64,000 bases of DNA from Azolla caroliniana (lineage: Eukaryota; Plantae; Polypodiophyta), in NCBI GenBank assembly GCA_043228905.1, contig JBHGNT010000044.1, positions 62,001 to 126,000 on the forward strand, written 5' to 3'. The notes below the pieces were generated by a model that was not told where the DNA came from, ran no database searches, and was given only the letters and a program-made list of their open reading frames with translations. How positions within the stretch are numbered: position 1 is the stretch's first letter; the number at the start of each line of letters is the position of its first letter. Below are positions 13,434 to 26,100 of the stretch, in pieces. The position numbers and the translations under genes are program-made.

Positions 13434-16400
13434 ATACCTGGCTCGTGTGATATCGGATTTTTGTGTTCAAACATGCGAATCGAAGCTAACAACGCTAGCT
13501 ATGATATGGAATTAAAAACTCAAGATTTTTAAACTCGGGTCAAGAGACATGACGAAATTACCAAATTTGAGGAGGGAGTTGAGAAGAGCCCTTGACTAAA
13601 TTAAAATGTTCATACCTGGCTCGTGTGATATCGGATTTTTGTGTTCATACATGCGAATCGAAGCTAACAATGCTAGCTACGATATGGAATTAAAAAATCA
13701 AGATTTTGAAACTCAGGTCAAGAGACATGAAGAAATTACCAAACTTGAGGACTGAGTTGAGAAGACCTAGTAGGTAAATTAAAATGTTCATTCCTGGCTC
13801 GTATGGTATCGGTTTTTTGTGTTCAAACATGCGAATCGAAGCTAACAACGCTAGCTATGATATAGAATTAAAAAATCAAGATTTTGAAACTCAGGTCCAG
13901 AGACATGATGAAAATAGAAAACCTTAGGACGGGGTTGAGAGGAGCCCTTGAGTAAATTAAAATGTTCTTACCTGGCTCGTGTGATATCGGATTTTTGTGG
14001 TCAAACATGCGAATCGAAGCTAACAACGTTAGCTATCATATGGAATTAAAAAATCAAGATTTTGAAACTCGGGTCAAGAGACATGAAGAAATTAGCAAAC
14101 TTGAGGAGTGAGTTGAGAAGACCTACTAGGTAAATTAAAATGTTCATACCTGGCTCGTGTGATATCGGATTTTTGTGTTCAAACATGCGAATCGAAGCTA
14201 ACAACGCTAGCTGTGATATGGAATTAAAAACTCAAGATTTTTAAACTCGGGTCAAGAGACATGACGAAATTACCAAATTTGAGGAGGGAGTTGAGAAGAG
14301 CCCTGGACTAAATTAAAATGTTCATACCTGGCTCGTGTGATATCGGATTTTTGTGTTCATACATGCGAATCGAAGCTAACAATGCTAGCTACGATATGGA
14401 ATTAAAAAATCAAGATTTTTAAACTCGGGTCAAGAGACATGACGAAATTACCAAATTTGAGGAGGGAGTTGAGAGGAGCCCTTGACTAATTTAAAATGTT
14501 CATACCTGGCTCGTGTGATATCGTATTTTTGTGTTCAAACATGCGAATCGAAGCTAACAACGCTTGCTATGATATGGAATTAAAAACTCAATATTTTTAA
14601 ACTCGGGTCAAGAGACATGAAGAAATTAGCAAACTTGAGGAGGGAGTTGAGAGGAGCCCTTGAGTAAATTAAAATGTTCATACGTGGCTCGTGTGGTATC
14701 GGATTTTTGTGTTCAAACATGCGAATCGAAGCTAACAACGCTAGCTATGATATGGAATTAAAAAATCAAGATTTTGAAACTCAGGTCAAGAGACATGAAG
14801 AAATTAGCAAACTTGAGGACTGAGTTGAGAAGACCTAGTAGGTAAATTAAAATGTTCATACCTGGCTCGTGTGATATCGGATTTTTGTGTTCAAACATGC
14901 GCATCGAAACTAACAATGCTAGCTACGACATGGAATTAAAAAATCAAGATTTTGAGACTCAGGACGAGAGACATGATGAAAATAGAAAACTTGGGGAGGG
15001 AGTTGAGAGGAGCCCTTGAGTAAATTAAAATGTTCATACCTGGCTCGTGTGGTATCGGATTTTTGTGTTCAAACATGCGAATCGAAGCTAACAACACTAA
15101 CTATGATATGGAATTAAAAAATCAAGATTTTGAAACTCAGGTCAAGAGACATGAAGAAATTAGCAAACTTGAGGACTGAGTTGAGAAGACCTAGTAGGTA
15201 AATTAAAATGTTCATACCTGGCTCGTGTGATATCGGATTTTTGTGTTCAAACATGCGAATCGAAGCTAACAACGCTAGCTATGATATGGAATTAAAAACT
15301 CAAGATTTTTAAACTCGGGTCAAGAGACATGACGAAATTACCAAATTTGAGGAGGGAGTTGAGAAGAGCCCTTGACTAAATTAAAATGTTCATACCTGGC
15401 TCGTGTGATATCGGATTTTTGTGTTCATACATGCGAATCGAAGCTAACAATGCTAGCTACGATATGGAATTAAAAAATCAAGATTTTGAAACTCAGGTCA
15501 AGAGACATGAAGAAATTACCAAACTTGAGGACTGAGTTGAGAAGACCTAGTAGGTAAATTAAAATGTTCATTCCTGGCTCGTATGGTATCGGTTTTTTGT
15601 GTTCAAACATGCGAATCGAAGCTAACAACGCTAGCTATGATATAGAATTAAAAAATCAAGATTTTGAAACTCAGGTCCAGAGACATGATGAAAATAGAAA
15701 ACCTTAGGACGGGGTTGAGAGGAGCCCTTGAGTAAATTAAAATGTTCTTACCTGGCTCGTGTGATATCGGATTTTTGTGGTCAAACATGCGAATCAAAGC
15801 TAACAACGTTAGCTATCATATGGAATTAAAAAATCAAGATTTTGAAACTCGGGTCAAGAGACATGAAGAAATTAGCAAACTTGAGGAGTGAGTTGAGAAG
15901 ACCTACTAGGTAAATTAAAATGTTCATACCTGGCTCGTGTGATATCGGATTTTTGTGTTCAAACATGCGAATCGAAGCTAACAACGCTAGCTGTGAGATG
16001 GAATTAAAAACTCAAGATTTTTAAACTCGGGTCAAGAGACATGACGAAATTACCAAATTTGAGGAGGGAGTTGAGAAGAGCCCTGGACTAAATTAAAATG
16101 TTCATACCTGGCTCGTGTGATATCGGATTTTTGTGTTCATACATGCGAATCGAAGCTAACAATGCTAGCTACGATATGGAATTAAAAAATCAAGATTTTT
16201 AAACTCGGGTCAAGAGACATGACGAAATTACCAAATTTGAGGAGGGAGTTGAGAGGAGCCCTTGACTAATTTAAAATGTTCATACCTGGCTCGTGTGATA
16301 TCGTATTTTTGTGTTCAAACATGCGAATCGAAGCTAACAACGCTTGCTATGATATGGAATTAAAAACTCAATATTTTTAAACTCGGGTCAAGAGACATGA

Positions 16401-17152
16401 AGAAATTAGCAAACTTGAGGAGGGAGTTGAGAGGAGCCCTTGAGTAAATTAAAATGTTCATACGTGGCTCGTGTGGTATCGGATTTTTGTGTTCAAACAT
16501 GCGAATCGAAGCTAACAACGCTAGCTATGATATGGAATTAAAAAATCAAGATTTTGAAACTCAGGTCAAGAGACATGAAGAAATTAGCAAACTTGAGGAC
16601 TGAGTTGAGAAGACCTAGTAGGTAAATTAAAATGTTCATACCTGGCTCGTGTGATATCGGATTTTTGTGTTCAAACATGCGCATCGAAACTAACAATGCT
16701 AGCTACGACATGGAATTAAAAAATCAAGATTTTGAGACTCAGGACGAGAGACATGATGAAAATAGAAAACTTGGGGAGGGAGTTGAGAGGAGCCCTTGAG
16801 TAAATTAAAATGTTCATACCTGGCTCGTGTGGTATCGGATTTTTGTGTTCAAACATGCGAATCGAAGCTAACAACGCTAGCTATGATATGGAATTAAAAA
16901 ATCAAGATTTTTAAACTCAGGTCAAGAGACATGAAGAAATTAGCAAACTTGAGGACTGAGTTGAGAAGACCTAGTAGGTAAATTAAAATGTTCATACCTG
17001 GCTCGTGTGATATCGGATTTTTGTGTTCAAACATGCGAATCGAAGCTAACAACGCTAGCTATGATATGGAATTAAAAACTCAAGATTTTTAAACTCGGGT
17101 CAAGAGACATGACGAAATTACCAAATTTGAGGAGGGAGTTGAGAAGAGCCCT
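13434..17152 (+). repeat. Second 10-monomer higher-order repeat (1780 bp x2) with different monomer composition
   Basis: 'ggtccag' marker at 13898 and 15678 (offset 1780); order B,C',A',C'',B,B',D,C,A,C is repeated, with a few SNPs between copies. Confidence 0.88.
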
Positions 17153-17639
17153 GGACTAAATTAAAATGTTCATACCTGGCTCGTGTGATATCGGATTTTT
17201 GTGTTCAAACATGCGAATCGAAGCTAACAATGCTAGCTACGATATGGAATTAAAAAATCAAGATTTTTAAACTCGGGTCAAGAGACATGACGAAATTACC
17301 AAATTTGAGGAGGGAGTTGAGAAGAGCCCTTGACTAATTTAAAATGTTCATACCTGGCTCGTGTGATATCGTATTTTTGTGTTCAAACATGCGAATCGAA
17401 GCTAACAACGCTTGCTATGATATGGAATTAAAAAATCAAGATTTTGAAACTCAGGTCGAGAGACATGATGAAAATAGAAAACTTGAGGAGGGGGTTGAGA
17501 GGAGCCCTTGAGTAAATTAAAATGTTCATACCTGGCTCGTGTGATATCGGATTTTTGTGTTCAAACATGCGCATCGAAACTAACAATGCTAGCTACGACA
17601 TGGAATTAAAAAATCAAGATTTTGAGACTCAGGACGAGA

Positions 17640-20150
17640 GACATGATGAAAATAGAAAACTTGGGGAGGGAGTTGAGAGGAGCCCTTGAGTAAATTAAAA
17701 TGTTCATACCTGGCTCGTGTGGTATCGGATTTTTGTGTTCAAACATGCGAATCGAAGCTAACAACGCTAGCTATGATATGGAATTAAAAAATCAAGATTT
17801 TTAAACTCAGGTCAAGAGACATGAAGAAATTAGCAAACTTGAGGACTGAGTTGAGAAGACCTAGTAGGTAAATTAAAATGTTCAGACGTGGCTCGTGTGA
17901 TATCGGATTTTTGTGTTCAAACATGCGAATCGAAGCTAACAACGCTAGCTATGATATGGAATTAAAAACTCAAGATTTTTAAACTCGGGTCAAGAGACAT
18001 GACGAAATTACCAAATTTGAGGAGGGAGTTGAGAAGAGCCCTTGACTAAATTAAAATGTTCATACCTGGCTCGTGTGATATCGGATTTTTGTGTTCATAC
18101 ATGCGAATCGAAGCTAACAATGCTAGCTACGATATGGAATTAAAAAATCAAGATTTTGAAACTCGGGTCAAGAGACATGAAGAAATTAGCAAACTTGAGG
18201 AGTGAGTTCAGAAGACCTACTAGGTAAATTAAAATGTTCATACCTGGCTCCTGTGATATCGGATTTTTGTGTTGAAACATGCGAATCGAAGCTAACAACG
18301 CTAGCTATGATATGGAATTAAAAACTCAAGATTTTTAAACTCGGGTCAAGAGACATGACGAAATTACCAAATTTGAGGAGGGAGTTGAGAAGAGCCCTGG
18401 ACTAAATTAAAATGTTCATACCTGGCTCGTGTGATATCGGATTTTTGTGTTCATACATGCGAATCGAAGCTAACAATGCTAGCTACGATATGGAATTAAA
18501 AAATCAAGATTTTTAAACTCGGGTCAAGAGACATGACGAAATTACCAAATTTGAGGAGGGAGTTGAGAAGAGCACTTGACTAATTTAAAATGTTCATACC
18601 TGGCTCGTGTGATATCGTATTTTTGTGTTCAAACATGCGAATCGAAGCTAACAACGCTTGCTATGATATGGAATTAAAAACTCAATATTTTTAAACTCGG
18701 GTCAAGAGACATGAAGAAATTAGCAAACTTGAGGAGGGAGTTGAGAGGAGGCCTTGAGTAAATTAAAATGTTCATACGTGGCTCGTGTGATATCGGATTT
18801 TTGTGTTCAAACATGCGAATCGAAGCTAACATTGCTAGCTATGATATGGAATTAAAAAATCAAGATTTTGAAACTCAGGTTGAGAGACATGATGAAAATA
18901 GAAAACTTGGGGAGGGAGTTGAGAGGAGCCCTTGAGTAAATTAAAATGTTCATACCTGGCTCGTGTGGTATCGGATTTTTGTGTTCAAACATGCGAATCG
19001 AAGCTAACAACGCTAGCTATGATATGGAATTAAAAAATCAAGATTTTTAAACTCAGGTCAAGAGACATGAAGAAATTAGCAAACTTGAGGACGGAGTTGA
19101 GAAGACCTAGTAGGTAAATTAAAATGTTCATACCTGGCTCGTGTGATATCGGATTTTTGTGTTCAAACATGCGAATCGAAGCTAACAACGCTAGCTATGA
19201 TATGGAATTAAAAACTCAAGATTTTTAAACTCGGGTCAAGAGACATGACGAAATTACCAAATTTGAGGAGGGAGTTGAGAGGAGCCCTTGACTAAATTAA
19301 AATGTTCATACCTGGCTCGTGTGATATCGGATTTTTGTGTTCATACATGCGAATCGAAGCTAACAATGCTAGCTACGATATGGAATTAAAAAATCAAGAT
19401 TTTGAAACTCGGGTCAAGAGACATGAAGAAATTAGCAAACTTGAGGAGTGAGTTGAGAAGACCTACTAGGTAAATTAAAATGTTCATACCTGGCTCCTGT
19501 GATATCGGATTTTTGTGTTGAAACATGCGAATCGAAGCTAACAACGCTAGCTATGATATGGAATTAAAAACTCAAGATTTTTAAACTCGGGTCAAGAGAC
19601 ATGACGAAATTACCAAATTTGAGGAGGGAGTTGAGAAGAGCCCTGGACTAAATTAAAATGTTCATACCTGGCTCGTGTGATATCGGATTTTTGTGTTCAT
19701 ACATGCGAATCGAAGCTAACAATGCTAGCTACGATATGGAATTAAAAAATCAAGATTTTTAAACTCGGGTCAAGAGACATGACGAAATTACCAAATTTGA
19801 GGAGGGAGTTGAGAAGAGCACTTGACTAATTTAAAATGTTCATACCTGGCTCGTGTGATATCGTATTTTTGTGTTCAAACATGCGAATCGAAGCTAACAA
19901 CGCTTGCTATGATATGGAATTAAAAACTCAATATTTTTAAACTCGGGTCAAGAGACATGAAGAAATTAGCAAACTTGAGGAGGGAGTTGAGAGGAGGCCT
20001 TGAGTAAATTAAAATGTTCATACGTGGCTCGTGTGATATCGGATTTTTGTGTTCAAACATGCGAATCGAAGCTAACATTGCTAGCTATGATATGGAATTA
20101 AAAAATCAAGATTTTGAAACTCAGGTTGAGAGACATGATGAAAATAGAAA
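17640..20150 (+). repeat. 7-monomer tandem duplication (1246 bp x2)
   Basis: 'gagcactt' at 18574/19820 and 'ggctcctgt' at 18251/19497, both offset 1246=7x178; 'ggaggcct' and 'ggttgag' are also repeated. Confidence 0.88.
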
Positions 20151-20181
20151 ACTTGAGGAGGGGGTTGAGAGGAGCCCTTGA

Positions 20182-23100
20182 GTAAATTAAAATGTTCATA
20201 CCTGGCTCGTGTGATATCGGATTTTTGTGTTCAAACATGCGAATCGAAACTAACAATGCTAGCTACGACATGGAATTAAAAAATCAAGATTTTGAGACTC
20301 AGGACGAGAGACATGATGAAAATAGAAAACTTGGGGAGGGAGTTGAGAGGAGCCCTTGAGTAAATTAAAATGTTCATACCTGGCTCGTGTGGTATCGGAT
20401 TTTTGTGTTCAAACATGCGAATCGAAGCTAACAACACTAGCTATGATATGGAATTAAAAAATCAAGATTTTGAAACTCAGGTCAAGAGACATGAAGAAAT
20501 TAGCAAACTTGAGGACTGAGTTGAGAAGACCTAGTAGGTAAATTAAAATGTTCATACCTGGCTCGTGTGATATCGGATTTTTGTGTTCAAACATGCGAAT
20601 CGAAGCTAACAACGCTAGCTATGATATGGAATTAAAAACTCAAGATTTTTAAACTCGGGTCAAGAGACATGACGAAATTACCAAATTTGAGGAGGGAGTT
20701 GAGAAGAGCCCTTGACTAAATTAAAATGTTCATACCTGGCTCGTGTGATATCGGATTTTTGTGTTCATACATGCGAATCGAAGCTAACAATGCTAGCTAC
20801 GATATGGAATTAAAAACTCAAGATTTTGAAACTCAGGACGAGAGACATGATGAAAATAGAAAACATGGGGAGGGAGTTGAGAGGAGCCCTTGAGTAAATT
20901 AAAATGTTCATACCTGGCTCGTGTGCTATCGGATTTTTGTGTTCAAACATGCAAATCGAAGCTAACAACGCTAGCTATCATATGGAATTAAAAAATCAAG
21001 ATTTTGACACTCAAGTCAAGAGACATGAAGAAATTAGCAAACTTGAGGAGTGAGTTGAGAACACCTAGTAGGTAAAATTAAAATGTTCATACCTGGCTCG
21101 TGTGATATCGGATTTTTGTGTTCAAACATGCGAATCGAAGCTAACAATGCTAGCTACGATGTGGAATTAAAAAATCAAGATTTTGAAACTCAAAACGAGA
21201 GACATGATGAAAATAGAAAACTTGGGGAGGGAGTTGAGAGGAGCCCTTGAGTAAATTAAAATGTTCATACCTGGCTCGTGTGCTATCGGATTTTTGTGTT
21301 CATACATGCGAATCGAAGCTAACAATGCTAGCTATGATATGGAATTAATAAATCAAGATTTTGAAACTCGGGACGAGAGACATGATGAAAATAGAAAACA
21401 TGGGGAGGGAGTTGAGAGGAGCCCTTGAGTAAATTAAAATGTTCATACCTGGCTCGTGTGCTATCGGATTTTTGTGTTCAAACATGCGAATCGAAGCTAA
21501 CAACGCTAGCTATCATATGGAATTAAAAAATCAAGATTTTGACACTCAAGTCAAGAGACATGAAGAAATTAGCAAACTTGAGGAGTGAGTTGAGAACACC
21601 TAGTAGGTAAAATTAAAATGTTCATACCTGGCTCGTGTGATATCGGATTTTTGTGTTCAAACATGCGAATCGAAGCTAACAATGCTAGCTACGATGTGGA
21701 ATTAAAAAATCAAGATTTTGAAACTCAAAACGAGAGACATGATGAAAATAGAAAACTTGGGGAGGGAGTTGAGAGGAGCCCTTGAGTAAATTAAAATGTT
21801 CATACCTGGCTCGTGTGGTATCGGATTTTTGTGTTCAAACATGCGAATCGAAGCTAACAACGCTAGCTATGATATGGAATTAAAAAATCAAGATTTTGAA
21901 ACTCAGGTCAAGAGACATGAAGAAATTAGCAAACTTGAGGACTGAGTTGAGAAGACCTAGTAGGTAAATTAAAATGTTCATACCTGGCTCGTGTGATATC
22001 GGATTTTTGTGTTCAAACATGCGCATCGAAACTAACAATGCTAGCTACGACATGGAATTAAAAAATCAAGATTTTGAGACTCAGGACGAGAGACATGATG
22101 AAAATAGAAAACTTGGGGAGGGAGTTGAGAGGAGCCCTTGAGTAAATTAAAATGTTCATACCTGGCTCGTGTGGTATCGGATTTTTGTGTTCAAACATGC
22201 GAATCGAAGCTAACAACGCTAGCTATGATATGGAATTAAAAAATCAAGATTTTTAAACTCAGGTCAAGAGACATGAAGAAATTAGCAAACTTGAGGACTG
22301 AGTTGAGAAGACCTAGTAGGTAAATTAAAATGTTCATACCTGGCTCGTGTGATATCGGATTTTTGTGTTCAAACATGCGAATCGAAGCTAACAACGCTAG
22401 CTATGATATGGAATTAAAAACTCAAGATTTTTAAACTCGGGTCAAGAGACATGACGAAATTACCAAATTTGAGGAGGGAGTTGAGAAGAGCCCTGGACTA
22501 AATTAAAATGTTCATACCTGGCTCGTGTGATATCGGATTTTTGTGTTCATACATGCGAATCGAAGCTAACAACGCTAGCTACGATATGGAATTAAAAAAT
22601 CAAGATTTTTAAACTCGGGTCAAGAGACATGACGAAATTACCAAATTTGAGGAGGGAGTTGAGAAGAGCCCTTGACTAATTTAAAATGTTCATACCTGGC
22701 TCGTGTGATATCGTATTTTTGTGTTCAAACATGCGAATCGAAGCTAACAACGCTTGCTATGATATGGAATTAAAAAATCAAGATTTTGAAACTCAGGTCG
22801 AGAGACATGATGAAAATAGAAAACTTGAGGAGGGGGTTGAGAGGAGCCCTTGAGTAAATTAAAATGTTCATACCTGGCTCGTGTGATATCGGATTTTTGT
22901 GTTCAAACATGCGCATCGAAACTAACAATGCTAGCTACGACATGGAATTAAAAAATCAAGATTTTGAGACTCAGGACGAGAGACATGATGAAAATAGAAA
23001 ACTTGGGGAGGGAGTTGAGAGGAGCCCTTGAGTAAATTAAAATGTTCATACCTGGCTCGTGTGGTATCGGATTTTTGTGTTCAAACATGCGAATCGAAGC

Positions 23101-26100
23101 TAACAACGCTAGCTATGATATGGAATTAAAAAATCAAGATTTTTAAACTCAGGTCAAGAGACATGAAGAAATTAGCAAACTTGAGGACTGAGTTGAGAAG
23201 ACCTAGTAGGTAAATTAAAATGTTCATACCTGGCTCGTGTGATATCGGATTTTTGTGTTCAAACATGCGAATCGAAGCTAACAACGCTAGCTATGATATG
23301 GAATTAAAAACTCAAGATTTTTAAACTCGGGTCAAGAGACATGACGAAATTACCAAATTTGAGGAGGGAGTTGAGAAGAGCCCTTGACTAAATTAAAATG
23401 TTCATACCTGGCTCGTGTGATATCGGATTTTTGTGTTCATACATGCGAATCGAAGCTAACAATGCTAGCTACGATATGGAATTAAAAAATCAAGATTTTG
23501 AAACTCGGGTCAAGAGACATGAAGAAATTAGCAAACTTGAGGAGTGAGTTCAGAAGACCTACTAGGTAAATTAAAATGTTCATACCTGGCTCCTGTGATA
23601 TCGGATTTTTGTGTTGAAACATGCGAATCGAAGCTAACAACGCTAGCTATGATATGGAATTAAAAACTCAAGATTTTTAAACTCGGGTCAAGAGACATGA
23701 CGAAATTACCAAATTTGAGGAGGGAGTTGAGAAGAGCCCTGGACTAAATTAAAATGTTCATACCTGGCTCGTGTGATATCGGATTTTTGTGTTCATACAT
23801 GCGAATCGAAGCTAACAATGCTAGCTACGATATGGAATTAAAAAATCAAGATTTTTAAACTCGGGTCAAGAGACATGACGAAATTACCAAATTTGAGGAG
23901 GGAGTTGAGAAGAGCACTTGACTAATTTAAAATGTTCATACCTGGCTCGTGTGATATCGTATTTTTGTGTTCAAACATGCGAATCGAAGCTAACAACGCT
24001 TGCTATGATATGGAATTAAAAACTCAATATTTTTAAACTCGGGTCAAGAGACATGAAGAAATTAGCAAACTTGAGGAGGGAGTTGAGAGGAGGCCTTGAG
24101 TAAATTAAAATGTTCATACGTGGCTCGTGTGATATCGGATTTTTGTGTTCAAACATGCGAATCGAAGCTAACATTGCTAGCTATGATATGGAATTAAAAA
24201 ATCAAGATTTTGAAACTCAGGTTGAGAGACATGATGAAAATAGAAAACTTGAGGAGGGGGTTGAGAGGAGCCCTTGAGTAAATTAAAATGTTCATACCTG
24301 GCTCGTGTGATATCGGATTTTTGTGTTCAAACATGCGAATCGAAACTAACAATGCTAGCTACGACATGGAATTAAAAAATCAAGATTTTGAGACTCAGGA
24401 CGAGAGACATGATGAAAATAGAAAACTTGGGGAGGGAGTTGAGAGGAGCCCTTGAGTAAATTAAAATGTTCATACCTGGCTCGTGTGGTATCGGATTTTT
24501 GTGTTCAAACATGCGAATCGAAGCTAACAACACTAGCTATGATATGGAATTAAAAAATCAAGATTTTGAAACTCAGGTCAAGAGACATGAAGAAATTAGC
24601 AAACTTGAGGACTGAGTTGAGAAGACCTAGTAGGTAAATTAAAATGTTCATACCTGGCTCGTGTGATATCGGATTTTTGTGTTCAAACATGCGAATCGAA
24701 GCTAACAATGCTAGCTACGATGTGGAATTAAAAAATCAAGATTTTGAAACTCAAAACGAGAGACATGATGAAAATAGAAAACTTGGGGAGGGAGTTGAGA
24801 GGAGCCCTTGAGTAAATTAAAATGTTCATACCTGGCTCGTGTGCTATCGGATTTTTGTTTTCAAACATGCGAATCGAGGCTAACAACGCTAGCTATCATA
24901 TGGAATTAAAAACTCAAGATTTTTAAACTCGGGTCAAGAGACATGACGAAATTACCAAATTTGAGGAGGGAGTTGAGAAGAGCCCTTGACTAATTTAAAA
25001 TGTTCATACCTGGCTCGTGTGATATCGTATTTTTGTGTTCAAACATGCGAATCGAAGCTAACAACGCTTGCTATGATATGGAATTAAAAACTCAATATTT
25101 TTAAACTCGGGTCAAGAGACATGAAGAAATTAGCAAACTTGAGGAGGGAGTTGAGAGGAGCCCTTGAGTAAATTAAAATGTTCATACGTGGCTCGTGTGA
25201 TATCGGATTTTTGTGTTCAAACATGCGCATCGAAGCTAACAACGCTAGCTATCATATGGAATTAAAAAATCAAGATTTTGAAACTCAGGTCAAGAGACAT
25301 GAAGAAATTAGCAAACTTGAGGACTGAGTTGAGAAGACCTAGTAGGTAAATTAAAATGTTCATACCTGGCTCGTGTGATATCGGATTTTTGTGTTCAAAC
25401 ATGCGAATCGAAGCTAACAACGCTAGCTATGATATGGAATTAAAAACTCAAGATTTTTAAACTCGGGTCAAGAGACATGACGAAATTACCAAATTTGAGG
25501 AGGGACTTGAGAAGAGCCCTTGACTAAATTAAAATGTTCATACCTGGCTCGTGTGATATCGGATTTTTGTGTTCATACATGCGAATCGAAGCTAACAATG
25601 CTAGCTACGATATGGAATTAAAAAATCAAGATTTTGAAACTCAGGTCAAGAGACATGAAGAAATTACCAAACTTGAGGACTGAGTTGAGAAGACCTAGTA
25701 GGTAAATTAAAATCTTCATTCCTGGCTCGTATGGTATCGGTTTTTTGTGTTCAAACATGCGAATCGAAGCTAACAACGCTAGCTATGATATAGAATTAAA
25801 AAATCAAGATTTTGAAACTCAGGTCCAGAGACATGATGAAAATAGAAAACCTTAGGACGGGGTTGAGAGGAGCCCTTGAGTAAATTAAAATGTTCTTACC
25901 TGGCTCGTGTGATATCGGATTTTTGTGGTCAAACATGCGAATCGAAGCTAACAACGTTAGCTATGATATGGAATTAAAAAATCAAGATTTTGAAACTCGG
26001 GTCAAGAGACATGAAGAAATTAGCAAACTTGAGGAGTGAGTTGAGAAGACCTACTAGGTAAATTAAAATGTTCATACCTGGCTCGTGTGATATCGGATTT

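Noticed and set aside
1065-13532. Four 60-aa + strand ORFs (1065, 2845, 8364, 13350)
   Set aside because: Each spans one satellite monomer, starts at TTG and is open only because SNPs remove stops present in other monomers; no recognisable domain. Useful only as HOR markers.
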